From NCBI GenBank assembly GCA_038884755.1, contig JAWABJ010000001.1, positions 448,001-512,000 on the forward strand: DNA of 64,000 nt, given 5' to 3'. Below are positions 47,505-56,791 of this stretch, piece after piece; position 1 is the stretch's first letter; each line of letters opens with the position of its first letter. The stretch is from Candidatus Norongarragalinales archaeon. GTDB lineage: Archaea; Micrarchaeota; Micrarchaeia; Norongarragalinales; Norongarragalinaceae. Position numbers and translations under genes: made by a program. The notes below the pieces were generated by a model. The model did not search any database, was not told the DNA's origin, and was given only the letters and a program-made list of their open reading frames with translations.

Positions 47505-50500
47505 TTAAGACTGGGATGCTGTGAACGTGGTGGTGGAGGTTTTCGCGCCTGCCGGCTCGTCTGAGGGAATGCGCCAGTTTATCGCTATTTTGGCGGAATC
47601 CGCCGAATCGGAATAGCCTAGCTTGCACAAGGCGTAGGGAACGCCGCTCTGGCCTGTTTCGTTTACGTTATACCATGAATTGTAGTTGTTGAAGGGCGCC
47701 GGGCAGGCTGACGCGAGGCTTCCCGGTTCGTAGTCAGACGCGTTAAACCGATACCAAGTGTCGGGCATGGGAGTGGTGTTGCGGGAAAACGGTGCGGAGC
47801 CCGTAATGGTGATGTTCATTTGCACGTTCCCGTCGTTCTGCAGGATGAAATACCGGTACCCCAAGCCGCTGGCGTTGTCAGAGTAGTAATCGTTACCCAC
47901 ACTCACGTCGGAAAAGTTGACGGTGTGGTTCAAAAGAGAAAGGTCCAACACTGCGACTACGTTTAGGCACAAGGCTTGCGTGGTGTTGGTGCTCAAATAA
48001 ACGGTTTGCGTGTCGTTCACGTACCCGCTGGCGTTGGCGTAAAACTTGTGGGGAGTGTAGTTTACAGTCACTTCCAAATCGCCTCCAGCATCATAGTATT
48101 CTGCGAACGAAGAGACGTTCCTGAAGCCCGTAAGCCCATCTGAACCGCTGAGCGTGCTGTCGAGGTAGTTCGCCTGCGTGCTGTAGAAGGAAACGTTGGC
48201 TCCGTTGAATGCCGTGCTGTTCTCGCAATAGGTCACGTTGCCTCGGGCGTAATAGGCGACAGTGTAGTTTGCCGTAACGAGTGAGGTGCGCGAGGGACTC
48301 ACGTTCGCGCTAAGGAAATAATTGTCGAGCGAGTTTGTCAACAACAAGTGGGGATTCGTTCCAGTCAAAGCCAACAGCAATTCTACGAAAGTGAGGTTGT
48401 TCGAGTCGGTTGCTTTGATTGCGGTCGAGGCGTTGGTTATGGTGGTGTTGAAGAACGTGTTGTTGTGCGCATTCGAAGAAAACGTTATGGCGTTGGATAC
48501 CGAACTTAAGGTATTGACTATAAACCGGCTGGTGTTCAAGCCACTCAAGGTGATGCCGTAGCTCATGTTTTCCAAAGTGGTGGTCGTGCCGTTGAAAGAA
48601 CCTTGTGCAGGCTGGTTGTAAGTGAAGTTCAACCCGCTTATTCCGCCCCTGGCGAAAGTTGAGGACATGGTTCCCGTGGAATTCACTAGGTAAGCTGCAG
48701 TGGTGAAGTTCATCATGCTGCACTCGACGATGGAAAGCGAATTTCTGCCTATTGCTCGCAGTCCTATTCCGCTGTTGCCCGAACCGTCTATCACGTAGTA
48801 AAAGTTGCTTTTGGAGGGCGCGCAGTCGAGAGTGGCACTCCCGCCTATGAAGTCGTAGCATGCAGTTCTTCCCGACGAAGAATCGAAAGTCACGTTCTGG
48901 CTCATGGTAAAGCTTTCACCCGCGTGAATGTCTCTGCACGAGCGGGAAACGTTGTTTATGCCCGTGAAGTTGAAGGCGAAGTCGAAGTTAGTGGCGTTTG
49001 GGTAAACGCTGTTAGTGTTTTCAAACAACGTTACCGGGCTCCACGTGTCTCTGGAAGAGTTGTAGTGCTGGCCGCAAATCGGCTCGTTCGAGTGGTTTGT
49101 GTTGTAGATGAGCATCGTGTCGTTGGAAAACGCGTCGGGAACAAGTCGCACGAGCATAGAATCGGTTTGCTCGCTGCCGCTGTTTCCAGTTCCGCAAATG
49201 TCGGAAGTAGTGTTTCTTGCGGAAGTCCAAGTGCCGGCAAAGCAGTTGCTTGCGGTCGTACAACGCCGTTCCAACGGCGAGTTTTGATACCTTCCCGCGT
49301 AAACAACCATTGCCCCGCCGCTTCCTCCCAAGTAAGCGACGTCGGCAGTCTTCCGGTCTTGAAAAGTCACGGCAGGAGCGCCGTTGGAAACCAACGTCGT
49401 TTGCGTGCCCCACGCCGAACCGTTCCATTCTATAGCGTCTAACTGATGCGAAGAAGTTCTGTAGCTTATCGCAGCCATCACCCTGTTCGAAGCAGGTCTG
49501 CTCGTGCAATCCAGCCAGTTGATTCCCACAAGCGAACCCGATCCCACGCTAGTTGCCGAAGACCAAGTGTCGTTGTTGACGTAGTGAATCCGAAAAGTGA
49601 GCACCCCGGCGAGAGTTTCGAACAAAACCAGCGCATTGCCTGTTTGCTGTTCGTAAGCGGTGCACATGGTCTTGCGCGTCACGGCGTTTGTTATAGCAGT
49701 ATGCGTCACGGGAGTTCCGAATTGCGAGCCGTTCCAAAAGTAAGTGCAAACGTCGTTGGCGCTGTCTTGGTATGTCACTACAATCTCGTCTGACAGCGGC
49801 TTTGCCCGCGCTTCAACCCAAAGGGGAATGCCGGCGCAAGAGTCGTTCACCTGGAATTTTTCAGTCCCGCTCCAAGTGTTGTTTTCGGGATACCAAATTC
49901 GGTAGTAAGGCGTGTCGGTGTTGTTTGCCGTTATTACGAGCCCCCAGCCGCGTATTTTTTCAAACGCAATGTCGAAACCGCGGTAGTTGTCGTTCGTGGT
50001 TCCGATATTCGCTACCACCCTCTGGTCCGAACCCCACGTGTAATTGCGCCAAAGTTGAGCGTGAACCACGCCCGTATCGTCTAAAAATCCGCCAATGCAA
50101 GCATTTTCCAAAGGATTGCACTCCACGCGCGTCCATTCTATATCCTCGCCTAATCCAAAGAAAGAAGTTCCCGAACCTTCAGCAGACCAACCCGCAGTCC
50201 AATTACGGTATTTCGGACCATTGTTAAAAAATTGATAGTATGCTACAATCCCGATGGAACTGTTGGAATAAAGAAGCATTTCAAAATCGCTACTGCTGTT
50301 CGCGGTATTGCCGTCGTGCGCGGTGTAATTCAAGCGGAAAGTGCCGGCGAGGAGGTTCGAGGAAATGTTGTAGTTCCAAACTCCGTTTTTGTTCGAGCCG
50401 TTGTACAAGCTCATGGTGTAGTTCGTAATGCTCCCATTCACGTGATCAAAAGTAAGGTTGACTTCGCTTGTGCCATTGTCGTCGGAAAAATTCGCAAAGA

Positions 50501-52967
50501 AAACTATGGTATCCTGGCTGTACGCACTTGCGTTCGTGATGTTGAAAGACTGCCATTTGAATGCAGGCTCTTGGCTTGAGACCGTGAAAGAGTAAAGCCC
50601 GGTGTTGTTGACGTTCCCGGAATCGTCTATCGCCCAGGCTTTAGCGGTATAAGTTCCTGCGCTCAAGCCCGTAAAGTTGTTGTAGTACTGGTACGACTCG
50701 GCGTTGTAGGAAGCGTTTATTTCCTGCGCCGTAAGCGTACGGTTGTAGATTTGAATGCTGTCGAGAGTGCCGTTGAAGTAGCCCGTGCTTCCCGCAAGCT
50801 TGCCTATTTCGAAAGCGTCCGAACCTGACGGGAGTGAGCCGAAATTCAAGGTAGTGGTATAACTTCTGTTGACGCCGTTTATGTAAAGGTTGTAAGTGCC
50901 GTTGTCGAAGAACAAGAGGGCGAAGTGGAACCAAGTGTCGCCTTTCACGGGAATGTTTGAGGCGGAAAAGTTGAATTCCGTCCCGTCTTTCATCATGTAC
51001 ATTTGCAGGAATCCTGGCGCGGTGTTGCTCAGCAAAAGCATGTACTTGTTCGTGGAGTTTTGAAAACGAGACAGGACTCTGTTTCCGCCTCCTTTAATCC
51101 AACCAACCCAAGTCATGTTGCTGGTAAGGTTGAACCTTCCAGGGTTGTTCACGGAAAGATAGTCGTTCACTCCGTCGAACGCTAGTCCCAACCCGCGGGT
51201 GCTTGCAGTGAGGTTGGAAGTTCCAAAGTCGGCGCCAGTAAACGTGGCGTTGTTGCCGTAAGACGAGTTGTCGAAAACTACGGTGGAATTGTAAAAGTCC
51301 ATTTCCCACCACCCGACGAGGGCGTTGTTCCAGTCAAGGAAAGCAGAGTGGTTGTTGGAATCTCGGCTTGAAACGTTGGTGTAAATGTAAGTGTCCGTGG
51401 AAGAAGAGCCGTTGGAAGGCGTGGGGGAGACGAACGACACGAGCGGGGGTTTCGAGTCGTTGTAGAAAGTCGCTTCGAAAGGTCTCGCGTTGGAAAGAAA
51501 ACGGTTGGAGTCTTCAAGCGTCGTAACGGCATGCCAATACCCCATAGTTGCGTTGTACAGTTGGTAGCATATCGGCTCGTTAGCATGCTGCGTGCTGTAA
51601 ATAAGCATCGTGTCGTTATTCGCGGTGTTGGAAATAAGCCGTACTAGGTCAACGTTTCCGGCTGTCCCGCAAGCCGTTGCAGTCGTGGCTGAAGCGCTTC
51701 CCCAAGTTCCTGCCTGGCAGTTGGAAAGCGAAGTGCACGTGCGGTAGTTGGGAAAGTTCGTTCCATCCGGAGAATAGACTACCATCGCGTGCCCGCTTCC
51801 GCCTAAGTACGCGACGTCTGCCAATTGCCTGTCTGCAAAATCGCCTTCGACGGCGCCGGTGAAAGTTGCCGGAGTTCCAAACCCTTGGTTCCACTCGCGA
51901 ACAGCCAAGTCTGCCGCAACATATCGCAAGCGCGGGGTTTTTATTTTAGAGGTTATTTTGCTCACGAAATCCGACCATCGTCTTACGGCTTCGGAAATGG
52001 AAGCGAAAGACAAAACCTCATTGCCGGCCGTATCACCGCCGCCCATTCCCGAAGTTTGCACGGGTGAAGCCCACATTATGCGGTTGGTTCCAGGCATTGA
52101 AGCGCAGGAAAACCAAACGTAATTGGAGCCTGCCACACATGAGGGGTTGCAAAGCAAGGAACCCACTTCCCAAGCGCTTCCCGTCCAATTTGCGTGGTTC
52201 AGCTGGGCGCTCTTGGCTTCCTCCCAAAACACTACGCCCCTTCCGCTGGATTGTTCGTAAGCAACACAAAAAGTCTTTTGGGTGCTGTTGAATGTCGTGT
52301 TGTAAATGCTTTTGCTGTTTCCCCACGCGCTTCCATTCCAAACGTAGGCGCAAAACCTCCCGCCGCTGTCCATGTACGCCATGAGAATTTCTTTCGAATT
52401 TGGCTTGCTTGCGGCTTCAACCCAAGCGGGAGTGTTGCTCGTCCCGCAAGCGCTGTTTGGAAACTGTTCCACCCCGCTCCAGGTGTTGTTTTCGGGATAC
52501 CAAATTCGGTAGTACGGGCGAGCGGTGTTATTTCCAGCAATGACCAAGCCCCAACCTCGAGAGTATTCGAACGCAACGTCAAAGCCGCGCGATTCGTCGT
52601 TCGTAGTCCCGATGTTTGGGGCAACGTCTACAACCGAACCCCAAACTCCGTCAACCCTCGCTTGCGCTTGCACTTCCCCCTCGTCGTCAAGCGTAGCCAT
52701 GATGCAGTTAGTCTGGTTGCGGTCGCACTTCAACGCCATCCATTCTATGTCGCTTCCGGTGTCGAGCGTCGTCGCGCTTAATTCAGATTGGGCAGTGTAA
52801 TTGAAGTACGACGGGGCGATTCTGTAGCGGGGTATCACCTGCGCGTTTTCGTAGTAACCGAACATCGTGTGCGGGAGCACGGGAGAGGCGGAAAAGGCGA
52901 ACGGAGCGAGCGAAACAAAAGCCAGCATAGCGAATAAAACTACAAACCGGCTTTTCCACCTCTGCAA
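47505..52967 (-). CDS. 1820-aa secreted surface glycoprotein: two about 450-aa repeats flanking a LamG domain, a beta-helix and a C-terminal domain
   Basis: Signal peptide; duplicated NIGTTND..RGFD.AFE..RGWGLVI..NNT..PYYRIWYPENNTWSG; LamG LVGWW..FDGVNDY..FNGTLD...YNRTL; many N-x-S/T sequons. Confidence 0.85.
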   Translation of the reverse strand: MQRWKSRFVVLFAMLAFVSLAPFAFSASPVLPHTMFGYYENAQVIPRYRIAPSYFNYTAQSELSATTLDTGSDIEWMALKCDRNQTNCIMATLDDEGEVQAQARVDGVWGSVVDVAPNIGTTNDESRGFDVAFEYSRGWGLVIAGNNTARPYYRIWYPENNTWSGVEQFPNSACGTSNTPAWVEAASKPNSKEILMAYMDSGGRFCAYVWNGSAWGNSKSIYNTTFNSTQKTFCVAYEQSSGRGVVFWEEAKSAQLNHANWTGSAWEVGSLLCNPSCVAGSNYVWFSCASMPGTNRIMWASPVQTSGMGGGDTAGNEVLSFASISEAVRRWSDFVSKITSKIKTPRLRYVAADLAVREWNQGFGTPATFTGAVEGDFADRQLADVAYLGGSGHAMVVYSPDGTNFPNYRTCTSLSNCQAGTWGSASATTATACGTAGNVDLVRLISNTANNDTMLIYSTQHANEPICYQLYNATMGYWHAVTTLEDSNRFLSNARPFEATFYNDSKPPLVSFVSPTPSNGSSSTDTYIYTNVSSRDSNNHSAFLDWNNALVGWWEMDFYNSTVVFDNSSYGNNATFTGADFGTSNLTASTRGLGLAFDGVNDYLSVNNPGRFNLTSNMTWVGWIKGGGNRVLSRFQNSTNKYMLLLSNTAPGFLQMYMMKDGTEFNFSASNIPVKGDTWFHFALLFFDNGTYNLYINGVNRSYTTTLNFGSLPSGSDAFEIGKLAGSTGYFNGTLDSIQIYNRTLTAQEINASYNAESYQYYNNFTGLSAGTYTAKAWAIDDSGNVNNTGLYSFTVSSQEPAFKWQSFNITNASAYSQDTIVFFANFSDDNGTSEVNLTFDHVNGSITNYTMSLYNGSNKNGVWNYNISSNLLAGTFRLNYTAHDGNTANSSSDFEMLLYSNSSIGIVAYYQFFNNGPKYRNWTAGWSAEGSGTSFFGLGEDIEWTRVECNPLENACIGGFLDDTGVVHAQLWRNYTWGSDQRVVANIGTTNDNYRGFDIAFEKIRGWGLVITANNTDTPYYRIWYPENNTWSGTEKFQVNDSCAGIPLWVEARAKPLSDEIVVTYQDSANDVCTYFWNGSQFGTPVTHTAITNAVTRKTMCTAYEQQTGNALVLFETLAGVLTFRIHYVNNDTWSSATSVGSGSLVGINWLDCTSRPASNRVMAAISYRTSSHQLDAIEWNGSAWGTQTTLVSNGAPAVTFQDRKTADVAYLGGSGGAMVVYAGRYQNSPLERRCTTASNCFAGTWTSARNTTSDICGTGNSGSEQTDSMLVRLVPDAFSNDTMLIYNTNHSNEPICGQHYNSSRDTWSPVTLFENTNSVYPNATNFDFAFNFTGINNVSRSCRDIHAGESFTMSQNVTFDSSSGRTACYDFIGGSATLDCAPSKSNFYYVIDGSGNSGIGLRAIGRNSLSIVECSMMNFTTAAYLVNSTGTMSSTFARGGISGLNFTYNQPAQGSFNGTTTTLENMSYGITLSGLNTSRFIVNTLSSVSNAITFSSNAHNNTFFNTTITNASTAIKATDSNNLTFVELLLALTGTNPHLLLTNSLDNYFLSANVSPSRTSLVTANYTVAYYARGNVTYCENSTAFNGANVSFYSTQANYLDSTLSGSDGLTGFRNVSSFAEYYDAGGDLEVTVNYTPHKFYANASGYVNDTQTVYLSTNTTQALCLNVVAVLDLSLLNHTVNFSDVSVGNDYYSDNASGLGYRYFILQNDGNVQMNITITGSAPFSRNTTPMPDTWYRFNASDYEPGSLASACPAPFNNYNSWYNVNETGQSGVPYALCKLGYSDSADSAKIAINWRIPSDEPAGAKTSTTTFTASQS

Positions 52968-53017
52968 GCAACTGCACCCTTGTCAAGAATAAAAGATTCA
53001 AGGGTTTTATTGCTTTT

Positions 53018-53719
53018 CTAGGCGGCGGTGAATTCCTTCAGCGCTTTTTTTATCTCTTCTTGCGACAGTTTCGTGACGAGCATGGGAATTCCCTCGCTCT
53101 CCGCGATTTTGATTGCAAGCTTGTCCACCCTGTCCGCCGGAAGCTCGTGCAAAACCACCAGCGCGGGTTTTATGGGTGCGACTCGAACAGCAACCATGGG
53201 GCTCCTGCCTGTGGTCGTTCCCGTGAACAGCAACGCCCTCTGCGAGGTGGTTGAGTAAATTTTTACGAAACTCTCGTAAGGCAATTCCAGGATTACTTTA
53301 ATCGAGTCGATTATTGTGCAGCCGAACAACTGCGTCTTGTCAAGGCTTTCCTCGCACGCGACGCAAGCCGCTTTTATCGCTTTGGCGAAGTCCTCGCCGG
53401 TAATCGCGGTCTTGAAGTCTATGGAGTCGAAAAACTTCTGTTCGGGCTCTGCTTCCTTCAAGCGTTTTACGAACTCGCCTCCCTTTTGCACGTCGATTTC
53501 GAACAACGCGTCCACGAAACGCTTTATCACGCTTATGCCCGGGCTTTTGCGCCTGTTGCTTTCGTAATCGCTTATGGTTGAAGGGGAAATTTTCAGGAAC
53601 GCGCTGAGCTCGCTTTGGCTCACGCCGAAAACCTCGCGCCATTTTTTCATGGCTCCGCCTGGGTCTTGAGACAAGGCGATTTCCCCGGCTATTTTCACTT
53701 TCAACTGTTCAGTAGCCAT
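53018..53719 (-). CDS. Conserved archaeal HTH regulator with DRTGG-like domain
   Basis: IAGEI.LS..PG..MKKWRE.F..SQ..ISDYES.RRKSPG; GRSPMVAVRV. Confidence 0.85.
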   Translation of the reverse strand: MATEQLKVKIAGEIALSQDPGGAMKKWREVFGVSQSELSAFLKISPSTISDYESNRRKSPGISVIKRFVDALFEIDVQKGGEFVKRLKEAEPEQKFFDSIDFKTAITGEDFAKAIKAACVACEESLDKTQLFGCTIIDSIKVILELPYESFVKIYSTTSQRALLFTGTTTGRSPMVAVRVAPIKPALVVLHELPADRVDKLAIKIAESEGIPMLVTKLSQEEIKKALKEFTAA

Positions 53720-53862
53720 TCAAACACAATCCACCAAAATAATCGACGATAACCAAACTAGCCTACGCCAATTAAAAACCCTTTCGATAACGCCGAAACG
53801 AGTTTCGGCGATTGGCTAAGCCAATCGCAGGGATTTTAGTTTTCGCGGGCAAAGAAACAGTT

Positions 53863-54420
53863 ATGCAGCCTGCGGTTTACGAGCCTAGGGAAGACTCTTG
53901 GCTTTTGGAAAAAGCTATTGCAGCGTATGCGTTCGGCAGGGTTTTGGACTTGGGCACGGGAAGCGGCATTCAGGCAATAGCGGCTGCGAGGAAGAAAGAA
54001 GTCGGAAGTGTTGTTGCAACCGACATCAACCCAAATGCACTCAAGCAAGCGAAAGCCAACGCTGCTACCTCGGGCGTGGCGGAAAAAATAGTTTTCATCA
54101 AAAGCGACTTGTTTGAAAACATTCAAGGAAAGTTCGACACGATTGCGTTCAACCCGCCGTACTTGCCTGAAGATGAAGAGAAGGTGGGTGACGTTGCGCT
54201 GGAGTCGGGCGAAAGCGGCAGGAAGCTTACGGAAAAATTTCTCAACGAGTTCGAAAGGCACTTGAATCCTAAAGGCGTAGTGCTTTTGCTTCAAAGCAGC
54301 GCAAGCGGATGGAAAGAAACCAAGCAAGCGTTGGAAGAGAAAAGTTTTGCCGTTGAAACCGTTGGAAGGGATAAATTCTTCTTCGAGGAAATCGTCGTTT
54401 TGAAAGCACAACGCAAGTGA
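53863..54420 (+). CDS. HemK2/Mtq2-family glutamine methyltransferase
   Basis: VYEPREDS, LDLGTGSG, FNPPYLP. Confidence 0.88.
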   Translation: MQPAVYEPREDSWLLEKAIAAYAFGRVLDLGTGSGIQAIAAARKKEVGSVVATDINPNALKQAKANAATSGVAEKIVFIKSDLFENIQGKFDTIAFNPPYLPEDEEKVGDVALESGESGRKLTEKFLNEFERHLNPKGVVLLLQSSASGWKETKQALEEKSFAVETVGRDKFFFEEIVVLKAQRK

Positions 54421-54427
54421 AAAAAAA

Positions 54428-55255
54428 ATGGTTGAAATAATTCTGGTTGCAGCGATGCTTTCCGCCGCTTTGCTCTACTCAGCGAAAGACGTGCTGTCGA
54501 AAAAGCCCATCGACTCTTTCGGCGCGACGGTCGCGTCGTTCTACACAATGGTTTTCTGCTGCCTTCCGCTTGCGGCCTACCTCCTGGCAACAGGCTTCCC
54601 GTCTTTTTCAGCAAACGACTTTTACCTCGCAGCCATAGTCGGAGCTGGGCTTTCGATAGGCAATTTGCTTTTCTACAAGGGAATTGATGCGGGGTTAGTT
54701 TCGCTCACGGGGTTCATAGGCTCGCTGTGGGTCGTTTTCACGGTGATAGCCGCATTTTTTTTCTTCGGGGAAACGCTTTCGGCAATGCAAATGGCAGGCG
54801 TGGCGCTGGGATTCGCCGGCATTTTCGTAATGTCGTGGAAAGGCAAGGTGGGAAAGGAAGGCGTGCTCTACGCGTTTCTCGCCGCCGCAGTCTGGGGCTT
54901 GACCTGGTTCAACGTAAAACCGCTGGTTCAATCGGTGGGATTCGTAAGCGCGTTGTTCTTGTACACTCTCTTCGCGGCAATAGTGGGGTTGGCTACGGTG
55001 GCAGTGAAAAAACAAAAGGTTTTGCCTGAAAAAAGCCTCGTGCTCCCAGGCGTTTTATTGTGCGCGGCTTACCTCGCCGACTTGTGGGTCGTTTCCGTAT
55101 CCACGCTGTCTTTCGCCTCCGCGCTGTTCGCGCCCAGCTACTTTCTCATGCTCTTCGTTTTCACTTACACGGTCTTGGGCGAAAGGCTAGAGAAAATCCA
55201 TTTCTTCGGCACGGCGCTCGTGCTGGTGTCGATAACGCTGATTTCAATAGGCTGA
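54428..55255 (+). CDS. EamA/DMT-family transporter
   Basis: About 10 TM helices in two repeats ending FFGE / LGERL. Confidence 0.82.
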   Translation: MVEIILVAAMLSAALLYSAKDVLSKKPIDSFGATVASFYTMVFCCLPLAAYLLATGFPSFSANDFYLAAIVGAGLSIGNLLFYKGIDAGLVSLTGFIGSLWVVFTVIAAFFFFGETLSAMQMAGVALGFAGIFVMSWKGKVGKEGVLYAFLAAAVWGLTWFNVKPLVQSVGFVSALFLYTLFAAIVGLATVAVKKQKVLPEKSLVLPGVLLCAAYLADLWVVSVSTLSFASALFAPSYFLMLFVFTYTVLGERLEKIHFFGTALVLVSITLISIG

Positions 55256-55292
55256 GCCTGGCAATCCCCAGGGTCTCCGAATATTGAGGATC

Positions 55293-56378
55293 TTATTTTT
55301 TGTGTATCAACACCACGTCCCCATCCTGCAGCTTGTGCGTAAGCCCGACTTTCTGGCCCGGGTGTTTTGCCGATTTCCCCCAAACTTCCGCGAATTTGAA
55401 CAGCGAGCGCAAGTCCCTGTGCACCAAATCGCACAAATCGGAGACTGTCGAACCTGAACGCATCATGAGGGGCGCTTCCAAATCCGCTTTCTCGAACTTG
55501 CTGCGAGTGTAGATTCGGATTAGATTGAGTTTTCGGTAAATCTTTTCCTTCAATTCTTCAATCCCGAGCTTTTTTTCCGCCGAAACTTTCACGAAAGAAT
55601 CATCGATTTTTTTTGCCTCTCCCTTTCCAAGCAAATCCACCTTGTTTACTACCGCAAGCGAGGGAACGAACTTCCTGTTTCCGAGAATCGCGTCGATCAG
55701 GCGGTCGACTGTCGCGTCTTCCTTGATTATTACTGTTGCACTGAAAATGCCGTATTCGCCGAGCACTGCTGCAACAGTCTTGTCGTTCAAGTGGGTGGGC
55801 TTTACCAAATAGTGCACCTCAATTCCGCCTTTCTCCGTTTTTTCTATTGAAATGTTTGGTGGCTCTTGGTCCAAGCGGATGCCGATATCATGCAACTCTT
55901 GCTTGAGCTTCGAGGCGTAGTTAACGTCCTTCACGTCCAGGATTAAAAGGACCAAATCTGCATTGCGCGCGACTGCAAGCACTTCTTTCCCCCGCCCCTT
56001 GCCTTTGCTTGCGCCAGAAATGATTCCCGGCAAGTCTAAAAGCTGTATCCTGGCGCCTTTGTAGTGCATTATTCCCGGAATGACTGTAAGAGTAGTGAAA
56101 GCATACGCGGCGGTCTTGGACTCCGCGCCCGTAAGCGCGTTGAGCAGAGTTGATTTTCCCACGGACGGCAGTCCGATGAAAACTACGGTGGCGTTTCCCG
56201 ATTTCTTTACGTCGAAGCCCTTTCCCGCGCCAGTTCCTCCCCTGCTTCCGGACTCCGCTTGCTCACGCAATTTCGCAAGCTTCGCCTTGAGCATTCCCAA
56301 GTGGTGTTCCGTCCCCTTGTGCTTCTGGGTTTTTTCCATCTGCTGCTCGATTTCAGCGATTTTCTCGGTAATGCCCAT
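55293..56378 (-). CDS. DRG/Obg-family GTPase with TGS domain
   Basis: G.PSVGKS, YAFTT, DLPG, NKVD, VWGKSAKH.GQKVG..H.L.DGD. Confidence 0.93.
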   Translation of the reverse strand: MGITEKIAEIEQQMEKTQKHKGTEHHLGMLKAKLAKLREQAESGSRGGTGAGKGFDVKKSGNATVVFIGLPSVGKSTLLNALTGAESKTAAYAFTTLTVIPGIMHYKGARIQLLDLPGIISGASKGKGRGKEVLAVARNADLVLLILDVKDVNYASKLKQELHDIGIRLDQEPPNISIEKTEKGGIEVHYLVKPTHLNDKTVAAVLGEYGIFSATVIIKEDATVDRLIDAILGNRKFVPSLAVVNKVDLLGKGEAKKIDDSFVKVSAEKKLGIEELKEKIYRKLNLIRIYTRSKFEKADLEAPLMMRSGSTVSDLCDLVHRDLRSLFKFAEVWGKSAKHPGQKVGLTHKLQDGDVVLIHKK

Positions 56379-56509
56379 TTCGCGTTTAAACCCCGTTTTG
56401 AAACAGCGCGGCTAACAGCGCAATTCGCAATAATATTGCAGAAGGAGATTTTTCAAGGCTTGGTTGCCTGAAAAGAAAAAAATAAAAAAAAAGAGAAGAA
56501 GGGAGAGAA

Positions 56510-56662
56510 TTACTTCTTCATCAAGCCCTTGCGCTTTACGTACGCCCAGAGCTTCTTGGTCATTTCGCTGGGAGCGATGCTTCCAGAGCCGAAAACGTCT
56601 TCGAGAGAGTCGTCGCAGCCCCTGAATGACACGGTCATTCCACCAAATGCCTTTCTTGCCAT
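56510..56662 (-). CDS. 50-aa basic micro-protein, SWIB-domain-like (below the ORF-track cutoff)
   Basis: MARKAFGGMTVSFRGCDDSLEDVFGSGSIAPSEMTKKLWAYVKRKGLMKK; strong SD GAGGTGA; T-tract after the stop. Confidence 0.72.
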   Translation of the reverse strand: MARKAFGGMTVSFRGCDDSLEDVFGSGSIAPSEMTKKLWAYVKRKGLMKK

Positions 56663-56791
56663 AGTCACTTCACCTCGTTTTCAAAAAAATACCCTCTCCC
56701 ACCCTTGTTTTCTAGAGGTAGAATCGAGTTAAACTATTAAGACATTCGATTTAAAAACCTATTTTTACGAGGGAGAAAATCGTTTTTTCCT

